A stretch of 38,174 nt of DNA, taken from positions 1-38,174 of the IMG/VR virus record IMGVR_UViG_3300044591_000931. One strand, 5' to 3'. This DNA is from a virus (Duplodnaviria; Caudoviricetes). Both the position numbers and the translations under genes were made by a program. The stretch's first letter is position 1; every line of letters begins with the position of its first letter. The notes beneath the pieces were generated by a model. It was not told the DNA's origin. It saw only the letters and a list, made by a program, of their open reading frames with translations, and made no database searches. This document shows, piece by piece, positions 1 through 12,000 of the stretch.

Positions 1-2
1 TC

Positions 3-2702
3 ACTCAGAACAATCGTAATGTTATTTTGAATGTAACAGAAACAGATAAAGACGATTTCTATGCAAACGCTGAGCAAATTTGGGCAAATGGCACAAACTT
101 CTTAGACGCTCGCTTTACTGGTAAGGTTGCAACGCCAAACAATGTTCTTTTCGGCGTTGGTGGTCCTTCTGCTAATACTGGCCAGATTCTAATTTATGAT
201 GTCAAACTTCAAGGTGTTGATAGTGTTGCAACCGCACTCACTGGATCTCAACTTCAAACTAAGAATACTGATAAGGTTTTCATCGTAAACTCGATTGTAA
301 ACGATTCAGTTCCTGCAAACTCACAAAGCCAGCTTGTTCAATGCTTTGACTATGTCACAGAAAACACTGGTGGTATCGCATTGATCTCTGTGATCAATGG
401 CGGTGCAGGATTTAGACAATCACCAAGACTGGGTATTGAGTCTCACTATGACACTCAACTATCTTCTCTCTATAGTTATGAAGATGAGCAAGAACTAAAG
501 AAAACTCACTGGCAAACATTTAGAGATCTCGGCTTGATTTCTCAAATTCGAATTGTTGATGGAGGCAGAGGATACGCGATTGGTGATACAATCTCGTTCA
601 GCGGTCGTGGATATGGCGGCTCTGCTGTAGTTCAGTCTGTAGGTTCTGCTGGAAGAATCACATCAATAACAATTACTGATCGTGGTGAAGGATACGTCGC
701 TAGACCAGAACTTCATGTAACAAGACAGTCACCAAGTTATACAACTCTTAGTGGCACAGCAAATATTCAAGTTGGAAGCAATCTAGTGATTGGTACTGGA
801 ACAACGTTTGCAGGAAGCAGTGCTGCGAATAATCGTCAATTGATTCGAATCAATAATGAAATTCATAAAGTTGTCAGCGTAATCAATAACACTCACCTAT
901 ACGTCAATAGCGCATTCAAGACAACTGCAACAGGTGCTGTCATACAAAGACAAAATGGCGTTGAGCCAGTATTGATTGGATATTTGTTTGGCGATGGTGT
1001 TGAGAATATTGTGAACACCTCTGCTATCGGCAGAATCCGAGACTTGAGACTTATCTACAGAGGGTTTGATTACGTTGCAACTCCAAACGTCTCATTGAAG
1101 GTTTTGGATACAGTAATCAACCCAATCCCAGAAGCAAACGTTTTCACAGAAACTGAGTATGTCTATCAAGGCGCAAGCATTGCTGACTCTTCATTCAGAG
1201 CAAATGTCAAGTCTTACAATAAAGAAACAGGTGTTTTGAGACTTTATAACTACTCTGGTTCATTTAGCAATACAACAGACTTGATTAGCGCCAATGGTGT
1301 TTATTGTAATTCAAATCTTTCAATGAACGTTCCAGCACCTGAGCAATATCCTCCTCAGGTAATTGCAGATGGTCTACCAAATCCAATGCGTTATGGTAAT
1401 GGATTGGCGAAAGGTAAAGCATTTTTTGCTAATGGTTTGATTGAATTCAATGGATTTTATCTAAACTCTGATGGTTTTGTGAGTGCAGATAAAGTTCTTC
1501 AAGACGGAAAGATCTATCACAACTTCTCTTACGTCATTGCGTCAGAGAAGAATTTAGTCGATTACGAAACAACAATTAGAAACATTGCGCATCCTGCAGG
1601 AATGTCAATGATTTCTAAAACACTATCAAGAAATGATATTGAAAGAGCAACTGAGTATTCTTCAAATGTGACTGCTATTCTTTCTAGAAATAGAACTGAG
1701 GGCGCTGCAGCTGCTACTGTTGCGGTTGCAAATTCTAGATCAAACGTTGTAACTGGAACATCCACGACTTGGGTTCCAGATCCAACAAATGTTTCTCTTT
1801 ATGCCAATACGAGAGTCAACGTCGGTGATTTGATGATTATTGACGATGATCCAGATGACATCGTTGTTCCTGAAGTGCTCAGACTTCCAATTACTGGAGT
1901 GATCTCTAAAATCAACAGTAACACAGAACTAGAAGTTTACGGAGACTTTGTTTATAGAGGTCAGGGTCTTGTTTCAAGTAACACAATGTTCCTTCGTATT
2001 CTTGGTGCTTCTAATGTTGACGGCAATCAAGTTATAGCAATGTCTAATTCAAGATACGATGGATTGTATCCAAGTAACTTGGCGCCAAACCCAGAACAAC
2101 CAATCATATCTCAAAACAATATTATTAGAATCGCTGGGCAGGTGAAAGAAGTCGTCTCTGTAACCAATGCCACACATTTTGTTGTCAATAGCAACTTTAT
2201 TATGGCTGAAACAATTCAAGCATTAGAAGTGTTATCAAATACTCGCCTTGTTGTTGCTGGAAATACCAATGCCCTTTCTGAGATTGTCAAGGTTGGGGAT
2301 AATGTTTCGTTCAATATTGCAACAGCAAATGTTTATACTGCACAAACTGGAACAGTTCAAATATTCACAAATAATGGAACGGTCGTCGGAACAAATACTC
2401 TCTTCAATACGCAACTCATGGCTAACGACTATATCATGATCGAAAACCAGGTTAGACAAGTGATAAATATCTCGAATGCTACTGTATTGACTGTAGATTC
2501 TCCATATAGTTATATTGCCTCTGATGTTATTTACTTGAAGAAAGCAACAACTCAAAATGCTAGAGTGAATAATGTTATTTCTAACTATATCGATCTCAAT
2601 CTAGCGTATTATGGTAATACAACGAATGCAGTATATCACGTTGTGCCTAATTTAGTTGGCGGCGGTCTCAAATTCAAAATCGTGACACTTACAGGGAACT
2701 AA
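3..2702 (+). CDS. gp7: Baseplate wedge subunit, T4 gp7-like (5'-truncated; frame is open to the window edge)
   Basis: Frame has no stop from position 3. Carries the gp7-type motif 'DGFVSADKVLQDGKIYHNFSYVIASEK...IAHPAGM' and G-x-G-Y beta repeats. Lies directly upstream of gp8. Confidence 0.8.
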   Translation, partial: TQNNRNVILNVTETDKDDFYANAEQIWANGTNFLDARFTGKVATPNNVLFGVGGPSANTGQILIYDVKLQGVDSVATALTGSQLQTKNTDKVFIVNSIVNDSVPANSQSQLVQCFDYVTENTGGIALISVINGGAGFRQSPRLGIESHYDTQLSSLYSYEDEQELKKTHWQTFRDLGLISQIRIVDGGRGYAIGDTISFSGRGYGGSAVVQSVGSAGRITSITITDRGEGYVARPELHVTRQSPSYTTLSGTANIQVGSNLVIGTGTTFAGSSAANNRQLIRINNEIHKVVSVINNTHLYVNSAFKTTATGAVIQRQNGVEPVLIGYLFGDGVENIVNTSAIGRIRDLRLIYRGFDYVATPNVSLKVLDTVINPIPEANVFTETEYVYQGASIADSSFRANVKSYNKETGVLRLYNYSGSFSNTTDLISANGVYCNSNLSMNVPAPEQYPPQVIADGLPNPMRYGNGLAKGKAFFANGLIEFNGFYLNSDGFVSADKVLQDGKIYHNFSYVIASEKNLVDYETTIRNIAHPAGMSMISKTLSRNDIERATEYSSNVTAILSRNRTEGAAAATVAVANSRSNVVTGTSTTWVPDPTNVSLYANTRVNVGDLMIIDDDPDDIVVPEVLRLPITGVISKINSNTELEVYGDFVYRGQGLVSSNTMFLRILGASNVDGNQVIAMSNSRYDGLYPSNLAPNPEQPIISQNNIIRIAGQVKEVVSVTNATHFVVNSNFIMAETIQALEVLSNTRLVVAGNTNALSEIVKVGDNVSFNIATANVYTAQTGTVQIFTNNGTVVGTNTLFNTQLMANDYIMIENQVRQVINISNATVLTVDSPYSYIASDVIYLKKATTQNARVNNVISNYIDLNLAYYGNTTNAVYHVVPNLVGGGLKFKIVTLTGN

Positions 2703-2709
2703 AGAATAA

Positions 2710-4743
2710 ATGAAATCTCTCATAACTCCACTCTTTAGCAATTTTATAATTGATCGCCTAAAGAAAGATTTGTCCAATACAGAAATTAGTAACACCTATG
2801 TCACGGTTGGTCGATCCCCAGCGTTTACTGGAACAGATGCATCAAATGTCGAGAACGTAATCTACACCACGAACAGCAAGAATGAATTCTACTATAGCAT
2901 GGTTGGTATGAAGAAAGTCTTTGAGTCTGATATGCAGCCAGTTATCTCGAGAGTCGACTGGGCGAGTGGAAGAACGTATGACACATATGAGGATCATATC
3001 GAAATCTTCTCTTATGTCGACTATCATAATCTAGGCACAGCAAACTCAAATGCCAATACTATTTTGAGTGGCACTGTTTCTGTTGCAACAAACTCAAATG
3101 TTATTACTGGAACTAGCACGACGTTCGCAACGTATCTTTTCCCAGGAGATCTGATCTCCGTCAATAATACAACTAAGAGCGTTGTTTCTGTAACGAACAA
3201 CACAGTATTGGTCGTAAATAGCGTTTTCTCAAATACCAATTCCTCTCAATCACTAACTCTACTTGGCAATAGTCTCATTATTGTCGGCAATACTGCAAAC
3301 TTTGTCGGTAACGTCGGAAGAGGGGACGTTGTAGTTGTTGGTGAAGATGCAAGAGAAGTTGTTTCTGTTCGCAGTAACAAAGTCATTTCTCTCAACGCGA
3401 ATGCAGCGTATAGCAATACTAATGTTACAGTTCAAAGACGAGATAATACTTACCCTCAAGTTGCGAATACGTTCTATGTTAGAAACAACAGAGATCAGAT
3501 CTTCAAATGTCTGTTCAACGGAAATAACTCTCCGTCGACGATTGAACCAACGATTGATATCGATGGACAACTTCCAGAAGATCCGTTTATCGTAACTGGC
3601 GATGGATATCGCTGGAAGTATATGTATACGATTCCACCAGGATTGAAGCAAAAGTTTTTCACCTCCGAGTGGATGCCTGTTGTAACAGATAACGCTGTGC
3701 TGGCGGCTGCTGAAGACGGAAGAGTCGATATTGTTCGCGTTTTGTGGGGTGGTTCAGGATATGCTGGTGGTGGTAATACAAACACAGGCAGCTTCTTGTC
3801 AATTACAAATACAGACGGCAGTTCGGCTAAACTTTTAGCAAGAGTATCGAACGGAAACATTACTTCTGTTTCTGTGCAGATCGGCGGTAACAACTATACA
3901 CGTGGCACGATAACCGCAAACAATCAATTAGCCGATAGACTTCCACTATCAGCCACACTTTCTGGTACTGTGAATACAGACGGTTCTACGATTGTTACCG
4001 CAAATACTGCATCGAATGCTAATATATTCTTCGGTAATGTTTATGTGAACGATATTATCACGATCAATGGTATTTCTAGGAACGTTATTTCTATAATCAA
4101 TAACACGAGCCTATCTGTAAATGCACCATTCATCTATGCGGCAAATACTCAAACGATGTATGTTGCACGTTCGAATGCTGTTTTTGATATTCAAGTTGGT
4201 CCTGCTGGCGGTCATGGATCAAATCCAACCAAAGAACTTCGCGCTCATAGTCTAATGATCTGCGTAGAGTTGAATGATGATACAGATGGAACGAAGATTC
4301 CAATTAGCGATTCAACTAACATGTTCAAGTTCAATCAGGTCGGATTGCTCGTAAATCCTCTAATCGCAAATAGTGCTTGGTTCGCAAATCTAACAAATTA
4401 CAGAACCACGACTCGCCTATTTGTAAGCGATCCTGTGACAGCAAACTTTATAAATGGAGAGACTGTTTATATCGGCTCCTCCATAGAAACTGCAAATGCC
4501 GTCGCAAACGTAGCCCACTGGTCTGCAGGGGATAATTTTCTTTACATAAATAATATCACAGGGACGTTTACAGTCTCTTCTCCGATAAAGAGCACGGTTT
4601 CTGGAATATCGACTCCTATTTTGGGAATTTCTAATTCCGAAATCAAGCCTTTCACGGGAGACTTGATTTATATGGAAAATAGAACGAACATTACTCGTGT
4701 AGATAATCAGATTGATCAGATCAAAATTGTACTTTCATTCTAG
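2710..4743 (+). CDS. gp8: Baseplate wedge subunit, T4 gp8-like, with inserted beta modules
   Basis: Motifs 'RVDWASGRTYD', 'FKCLFN', 'DGYRWKYMYTI', 'GGHGSNPTKEL' and C-terminal 'GDLIYMENRTNITR...QIKIVLSF', typical of gp8 in T4-like phages. Confidence 0.9.
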   Translation: MKSLITPLFSNFIIDRLKKDLSNTEISNTYVTVGRSPAFTGTDASNVENVIYTTNSKNEFYYSMVGMKKVFESDMQPVISRVDWASGRTYDTYEDHIEIFSYVDYHNLGTANSNANTILSGTVSVATNSNVITGTSTTFATYLFPGDLISVNNTTKSVVSVTNNTVLVVNSVFSNTNSSQSLTLLGNSLIIVGNTANFVGNVGRGDVVVVGEDAREVVSVRSNKVISLNANAAYSNTNVTVQRRDNTYPQVANTFYVRNNRDQIFKCLFNGNNSPSTIEPTIDIDGQLPEDPFIVTGDGYRWKYMYTIPPGLKQKFFTSEWMPVVTDNAVLAAAEDGRVDIVRVLWGGSGYAGGGNTNTGSFLSITNTDGSSAKLLARVSNGNITSVSVQIGGNNYTRGTITANNQLADRLPLSATLSGTVNTDGSTIVTANTASNANIFFGNVYVNDIITINGISRNVISIINNTSLSVNAPFIYAANTQTMYVARSNAVFDIQVGPAGGHGSNPTKELRAHSLMICVELNDDTDGTKIPISDSTNMFKFNQVGLLVNPLIANSAWFANLTNYRTTTRLFVSDPVTANFINGETVYIGSSIETANAVANVAHWSAGDNFLYINNITGTFTVSSPIKSTVSGISTPILGISNSEIKPFTGDLIYMENRTNITRVDNQIDQIKIVLSF

Positions 4744-4753
4744 GTAGAAGTTC

Positions 4754-7700
4754 ATGGAATTTAATATCGATCCTTATTACGACGATTTCAAAGAGAATGC
4801 ATTAGATAATAACTATATGAAGGTTCTCTTCAAGCCTGGAAGAGCAGTTCAGGCTCGTGAACTTACACAAATTCAGTCTATCCTACAGAATCAAATTAAG
4901 CAATTCGGCGATCATGTATTCCAAGATGGCTCTCCAGTCATCGGCGGTAATATGACACTTGACAATAAGTGCAAGTGGCTAAAACTCGAAAAAACATACA
5001 ATAATATCGATATCGACGTTGCTGATTTTGAGGATCGCGTTATCCGCAATTCTTCTGGAAATGTACAGGCTAAAGTTCTTGCAACTTACTATCCATTTGA
5101 AGGCGAACCAACTCTCATGGTTCGTTATGTCACAGGTAACGAATTTACCAATAGTGATATTATCAAGGTCGCTGGTGAGACGACAGAGGCTCAGGCTAAC
5201 AGTTCAAACTCAAGCGGTCTTGGAACAATCGTTTCTATCAACGAAGGCGTGTTCTATGCAGACGGTTACTTCGTAAAAGTTCTAGACCAAACTGCAGTTG
5301 TTTCTGCATACTCATCTTCAGCAAACGTAAAGATCGGTCTTGAAATCAACGAAGAAATTGTTGATAGCGAAATCGATACAACACTACTTGATCCAGCACA
5401 GTCATCATTCAACTATCAGGCTCCAGGCGCTGATCGTTTTCAATTTAGTCTTGTTCTAACGACTCGCCCACTTGATACTGTGGTTGATGAATCCAAGTTC
5501 TTCGAACTCATGAGAGTCGAGAGTGGACAGATTACCAAACAAGTCAAGTATCCAGTTTATGCTGAACTAGAGAAAACTCTTGCTCGTCGTACATTCGATG
5601 AGTCAGGCGATTATACAGTCAAGCCATTCCGCGCATCTCTAGTTGATGGCATCAATAGCGACGAATATACAATCGTCATCGAGCCAGGAAAGGCATACGT
5701 CAAGGGATTTGAGTTTGAAACAATTGGGTCAATGAAACTCAACGTTGAGAAGCCTCGTAGTGAGGCTGATGTCAAACGTTTGGTTGAAACTGACGTTGAT
5801 ATTTCTTACGGAAATTCAATCTATGTTACTGGATTGCGAGGAAGCAGCAATGGCTTCGTCAATATCGCTGCACTAGAAAGGGTAGATGTTCACTGCGTTG
5901 ATACATCTAAGATTTCTATTGGTTTAGGTACAGGTGCTGACGCAAACACCTATCAAAACACCAAAATTGGTACGGCAAGAGTGAAGAATTTCATTCGCTA
6001 CGCTGCTGATCCATTCAATGCTGACACAGATTCAAACGGCGCATTCAAGTTGTATCTGTCAGATATTGACATGAGACCGATTGTAACGACAGTCGCTGCT
6101 GCTTCTGATAATGCCAAATCAATTACTCTGCCAACCAGTTTCTCAGCTTTGAATGATGCTTACGTCAATGTTGCTGTTACTGTTCTTCCAGTACGCCTCG
6201 ATGCATTATCAAGCATTTCTAGAGCAAATATCAATGTCAATACATTTGAAGTTCATGTTGGTAGCGATCTACTCGATGCTGGTGGTGGTCAAACGAAAGT
6301 CAATGTTGGTGACGTGATCCGTATCAATAATGAAGTTAGAGAAGTTGTAAACGTACCAAACAATAATACGTTCTTGGTCAATACTGAGTTTACAAGCACC
6401 TTCTTGTCTACTTCTACTGCGTTCCCATTGCAAGTATTCAAACAAACTTCATACTCTTCAAATGTTACAAATCAAACACGCCTCATTACCAACTATAATG
6501 GTTCAACTAAAAAGGCTACACTCGATCGTGAGTTTGATGATGGTGCAAAGGTTGGTGGTGCAGTACCAAATTCAACAAGCGTTGTTCAATTCAACTTCAA
6601 ACTAGATCACGCTGAATCATTTATTGCAGGTCCGATTGTCGCAAATAACCAAGCAACGGTATCAAATTCTTCTATGAATGTTTCTGCATATTCCAAGTAT
6701 CTTACTGGAGAAACATCAACTGAAGATACTCTGAAGCAAAGTTTAGTGTTCAGACTGCCAAGAACCTACGCAAAACGTGGTTCAATCAATAATTGTGATT
6801 ATGTTCATAATAAAATTATTACCAATCGCCCACCAACATCACCTGGAAGCGGTATATTCCAAATTGCAGGTGGTCAGGGTCTAACGACTACATTTGAAAC
6901 TCTTCCTTGGGCAGACTCAACATCTGCAATTCAAGATAATCTAATTGTTGTCGTAAGAGATCGAGGCTCCGAAACTGGCGTATCAAATGGTGATATACTT
7001 CAATTAGATGCTGGTGATATTACAAAGACAAACGACTCACTGTCAATTGATACTGGTCTGACTGGATTGAATTCAGTTGATATTGTTGTCTTTGTAAAAC
7101 AAAATGATGCTGAAGATAAGATTCGTCGAAAAGTATTACATAGCAATACAGAATATACACTCACGTCATTCAACTATCCAACTGTTACCACAAACGCCAA
7201 TACAAACATTGAGTTGAGAATTAGCCCATCCGCCAACATTCCTTATGGTAATGTTGACATGGCTAATGGGTTGATCTTTGTTTCAAATACAGAATTTACA
7301 ACAGTTCGTCCAGGCGATTCAATTTCACTATATGTTCCAGACGTAGTTCGTGTTCGTAAGGTCATTGCAGGTAACTCTACAATGTTACCAAACGCAACTG
7401 TCTATACTGACATTACTGATCACTTCTATATCGATTATGGTCAGCGAGATGATCGTTATGAGCATGCTAAATTGATCTTGAAGGACGGCTACGATTCTCC
7501 AAGCGCAAAACTTCTTGTCCATGTTGACTTCTATCAACATATCTACGCAACTGGATCAAACGTTTCTTTCTTCTCTGTTGACTCATATTCTCAAGAAGAA
7601 TATGAAAATGGAACAATTCCAATCTATACATCATCAACAGGGATTGTTTATAATCTAAGAGATTGTCTAGACTTTAGACCAACTCAAATTCTAGGCGATG

Positions 7701-8983
7701 GTGATGAGAAATATACTGTTCCAGCTATATCATCTCCTGATGAAACAACAGAGTTGTCATATGACTATTATCTACCACGTATTGATAAACTTGTGCTGTC
7801 TAAGGATAAAGAATTTAGAGTGATCAAGGGTAAGGCTGCTCCGCAACCACTTCCACCTGCTGATTCTGATGAGGCAATGACACTTTACACACTATATCTC
7901 CCACCATATGTGGCAGATGTTCGTGAAGTTCGTCTAAAATATAACGAGAACAAGCGTTATACGATGAAAGATATCTCTCGAATGGATAAACGTCTTGAGA
8001 GAGTTGAATTCTTCACTTCATTGAATAACGTTGAGAAGTTGGCAATGGCTGACAAGACTCAATATGAAGATGGTACAGAGAAAGAGAAGTATGGTCTAGT
8101 CGGTGAAAACTTCCAAAACTTCAATATTGCAGATTACAAGAGCACAGACTTCAATGTTGCGCTTGAAGGTGGATTTATGATCCCTGCAATGAAGGTCTAT
8201 TCACTTGGCTTGAAGCCAGTCGGTAAGGAAAACACGACTGTAAATAAGAAAACAGTTTGCTTGAGTTATACTGAAGTTCCAGCAATCACTCAAAGTCTTG
8301 CATCTGATAAGGCAGTTTCCGTACAACCATTCTTGTTTGGTCAATTCAACGGCGCAATTACTCTGACACCAGAAACAGATGTTTGGGTATCTGAAACATT
8401 GAAGCCAGAAGTGATCACTGTTCCAGAAAAAATCGTTGAGACTGTAACAGTTATCCGCGAAAAGGTTGTTGAGCCTCCTCCACCTCCAACACTTCCACCA
8501 CCAAGAGCAAATGCTGATGTGGTGATTGCGAAGGATCCAGGTACTGATTTACCACCTGCTACAGATGATGATACTGTTGTCATTGTTCCAGATGGTCCAG
8601 ATCGCCCTATTATCCCAGAGGATCCAGTTCCACCAAATCAGGTACTACCAGATCTGCCATCATTCCCAGAATTCATACTTGAGTATGATCCTTGGTTTAG
8701 AATTTCACCACTCAATTTTGGTGTAAACTTCACGTTTGGCGCAACAGGGTATTCAGCGGGTAATCTATTCAGTAATGGTGGATTGTTCGATGATTCGAAA
8801 TGGGTTCCAGCAGTTACAGAATTTACAGCAGCAGTTGAACCTGACGTTGTATTTGAGTCAACAAATCCAACCAAGACACCACAAATCGTCCTCGCCAATG
8901 GTGGCAGAGGTGCAGAAAGCGGTGGCGGTGGTGCTGGAAGACTTGATAGTGATAGTATAGATTTCAATTATGACAGAGATTAA
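4754..8983 (+). CDS. VrlC/DUF4815-like virion structural protein, N-terminal part
   Basis: N-terminus 'FNIDPYYDDF...KVLFKPGRAVQARELTQIQSILQNQI'; also 'APGADR', 'LARRTFDESGDY', 'YYLPRIDKL', 'RYTMKDI'. Position after gp8. Confidence 0.85.
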   Translation: MEFNIDPYYDDFKENALDNNYMKVLFKPGRAVQARELTQIQSILQNQIKQFGDHVFQDGSPVIGGNMTLDNKCKWLKLEKTYNNIDIDVADFEDRVIRNSSGNVQAKVLATYYPFEGEPTLMVRYVTGNEFTNSDIIKVAGETTEAQANSSNSSGLGTIVSINEGVFYADGYFVKVLDQTAVVSAYSSSANVKIGLEINEEIVDSEIDTTLLDPAQSSFNYQAPGADRFQFSLVLTTRPLDTVVDESKFFELMRVESGQITKQVKYPVYAELEKTLARRTFDESGDYTVKPFRASLVDGINSDEYTIVIEPGKAYVKGFEFETIGSMKLNVEKPRSEADVKRLVETDVDISYGNSIYVTGLRGSSNGFVNIAALERVDVHCVDTSKISIGLGTGADANTYQNTKIGTARVKNFIRYAADPFNADTDSNGAFKLYLSDIDMRPIVTTVAAASDNAKSITLPTSFSALNDAYVNVAVTVLPVRLDALSSISRANINVNTFEVHVGSDLLDAGGGQTKVNVGDVIRINNEVREVVNVPNNNTFLVNTEFTSTFLSTSTAFPLQVFKQTSYSSNVTNQTRLITNYNGSTKKATLDREFDDGAKVGGAVPNSTSVVQFNFKLDHAESFIAGPIVANNQATVSNSSMNVSAYSKYLTGETSTEDTLKQSLVFRLPRTYAKRGSINNCDYVHNKIITNRPPTSPGSGIFQIAGGQGLTTTFETLPWADSTSAIQDNLIVVVRDRGSETGVSNGDILQLDAGDITKTNDSLSIDTGLTGLNSVDIVVFVKQNDAEDKIRRKVLHSNTEYTLTSFNYPTVTTNANTNIELRISPSANIPYGNVDMANGLIFVSNTEFTTVRPGDSISLYVPDVVRVRKVIAGNSTMLPNATVYTDITDHFYIDYGQRDDRYEHAKLILKDGYDSPSAKLLVHVDFYQHIYATGSNVSFFSVDSYSQEEYENGTIPIYTSSTGIVYNLRDCLDFRPTQILGDGDEKYTVPAISSPDETTELSYDYYLPRIDKLVLSKDKEFRVIKGKAAPQPLPPADSDEAMTLYTLYLPPYVADVREVRLKYNENKRYTMKDISRMDKRLERVEFFTSLNNVEKLAMADKTQYEDGTEKEKYGLVGENFQNFNIADYKSTDFNVALEGGFMIPAMKVYSLGLKPVGKENTTVNKKTVCLSYTEVPAITQSLASDKAVSVQPFLFGQFNGAITLTPETDVWVSETLKPEVITVPEKIVETVTVIREKVVEPPPPPTLPPPRANADVVIAKDPGTDLPPATDDDTVVIVPDGPDRPIIPEDPVPPNQVLPDLPSFPEFILEYDPWFRISPLNFGVNFTFGATGYSAGNLFSNGGLFDDSKWVPAVTEFTAAVEPDVVFESTNPTKTPQIVLANGGRGAESGGGGAGRLDSDSIDFNYDRD

Positions 8984-9003
8984 CTTTAGGTAAGAGATAA
9001 AAT

Positions 9004-12000
9004 ATGGCGATCACAACACAAACTGGTAAAGTTGTCGTAGATACAAACCTTGTCCCATATATTCGTGGGCGAGAAATAGAATTTGTGGCTAATAATCTAA
9101 AGCCATATAAAATCTCACGTATCTTTTTTGACGATGTTGCTGTAAATGGTTTCTGTCAGGCTGGCAATAGAGTTCTCATCGACGCTAAAAAGATTGTTGA
9201 AGTAGATCGAAATAATGCAGCACAAGTTTATCCTGGAGATATTCTATGGCAGGGAACTAGTGCAACGGTCAACACATTCAATGGTTTGGTTCAATCTTAT
9301 GACTCAACCAATAGAACTGTGACCATTCGTCAGTTAGACGGTGATCTTGATGAAAATGCTCAGTTATATTTTCAAAATTCAAGAACAACGATTACCTACT
9401 CAAACTCAAACGTTGTTTCAGTAGTTGATTCTGATACTGCAGACAGATACTATGCTGGTGAGGGTGTTATTTCTCCTCAACTCGGTAATGCATATGCCAC
9501 GGTCATTTCAACCTCTGGTCCAAATCTACTTTATCTAAAGCAAAACTATGTGAACGCCAATGTCTTTCCAGTTGGTGTTGCGCTTTCAGTCGTCGCCACC
9601 AAATACAAACCAGGTGATATTGTTTATCAAACATCTGATGGTGCGCAAAGATATGATCTAGCAACATTCCGTGGTATTGTTCGCTATTTCCATGCCACTG
9701 GACAAGGTATGATCGCAATTGAACCTATCCAAGGTTCGTTCACACAAAACTCAAGCAATACAGATCCTTGTAAGATTTGGAATGCTACTTTACCAAGTGC
9801 AGAAGCACTCTATGCTAATAAAGTTCATTCTCTAACTTTCTCATCTGGAAATACGATTCAGAGTATTCAAAATGTTGCAGTAAATATTGCTGTATCATCA
9901 TATATCCATCGCTCTGGCGTGATTGCGAATACTTACGGTGCAACAGATTTTATTCACGTGAATTCAAATAATGGAAACAATCCATCTAACGCCAATCTAA
10001 TTTACTTTGTAAGTGGAACAGGTGTTGGTGAAGTCAAGAGAGTTTCAGGCATCAACGGTGCAAATCTAACTTTGAATAGTGCATTGAGTTTCTCTCCTGA
10101 CAGCACAACGAAATATTCTATCGGCAATCATGACGTAGATACTTACGGAACAGTTGCTGGGCTTTTCCATATCCCATCTTATTCTGGATTCAAATTCAAG
10201 ACTGGCAATCGTCTCTTCACGATTACAGACACAGCTCGATATAATGATCCAGATTACGGAATGCGCGCTTCTGCAACGTATGCTGCTTCTGGTATTCTAC
10301 AAACTACACAGAGAATTCAAACGACACCAGTTCTACCTCCTGTCGCTGAAACAGAAGGCAGTTCACTAGTTGTTCCTGCATCACCATCAGATCGCCCTGC
10401 AGTTGGAACTCCTGTCAAGCCACCAGTATCTGGATCAAGTGCTTCTACTATTCCAAGAATTCCTCTTGGTGATGGTATGGCTCAAACGTTCTTTACTCCA
10501 AAGCCAAATTCAAATAAACAAGATTACGGTATCTACTGCACCTCTATTGATTTGTTCTTCAAGAGCAAGCCATCAGTTGCAACATACTTCAAAAACTCAA
10601 AGACAATCACACGCGGAAGTCTACAGCTTCCAGTTACAGTGAAGATTGCAGAAGTGCAAAATGGATATCCAACAAAGAATTACCTTGCATCAAAGAGCGT
10701 CAGCACTAAAGACGTACACGTCTCTGATATTCCAAATATCAATGATCCAATGACTGCAACGAAGTTTACTTTCGATGATCCAGTATACTTGGAACCAAAT
10801 AGAGAATATGCTATTCTAGTTGGCTCTGATTCGCCAGACTATGAGTTGTTTATTGCTGAACTTGGAACAGATGTTCTTGGATCATCAACCACGACAACGG
10901 TTAGAATCTCAGAACAGCCATATGCTGGTTCATTCTTCCGATCACAAAACTCATCAACCTGGACGCCATATCAAAATCAAGATTTGATGTTTGTTCTCAA
11001 CAAGGCTGTGTTCGATACTTCAGGTGTTGTAACTTTTGCTCTCGACGCTCCACCAATTGCAAACATTGATCTTGATCGTGTTATGTTGACCTCTGCTGAT
11101 CTCAAATTCCCAGCTGGATTAGTTGACTATTCATTGAAGGGTGTCTACTCAGCAACTCTTGCTCAAGAAACGAATGGCATTGATCTGGATCCATTCAAGA
11201 CAGTAGAGTTCGGAACTCTCTCCGATAAGTCATCTAAGAATTCAATCAATCGACGCAGACTTGTTCAAGGTAACGCTAACAGCTTTATCTTGACTGCTGA
11301 AATGTCATCGACTGATGCAGACGTTTCTCCGATTGTCAACATCGAAAGATTGTCGTTGACTGCTGCAACGTTCTTTATCAATAATGCTGGCTTATCAAAT
11401 ACTAAGATTGCAATCACCAATTTCGGCGCCAAGTATATTTGTTCAAATACTACTTCTGCTGATCCTTTAGGTTCGATTAGTGTTCACGGAAGCACGAACA
11501 ACTCAGTAAATACTGCAGCAATCTCATTTAGAAATCGATGCTATCCATATCCAGCATATAATGTTGGTTTATATGCACTGACGATTAGTGGCGGTAATGG
11601 TACTGGTGCTGCTGGTTTTGCTGTCGCAAATACTGACGGAAGCAATACCATCAGTTCAATCGTCCTATCTCATATCGGTAGCGGATATACCACAACACCA
11701 ACGATCGCTATTCAGGCTCCAACTTTTGCTGGTACGACTGGTGGTACAACGGCATCTGCGGTTGCTTCTGGTGAAGATGGTAAATCTGGCGGTAACATCC
11801 TATCTAAGTATATCACACGCGAAATCGTCCTTGAAGATGGCTTTGAGTCTGGTGACTTGCGTGTGTTCATGGATGCAGTTCGTCCAACAGGTACTGATAT
11901 TCTTGTGTATTACAAAGTCCTATCTGGGGACGATCCAGAAAGAATCTCTGATAAGAGCTGGAAATTGATGAGTAAGGTCAAAGACAATTACTCAAGAAAC

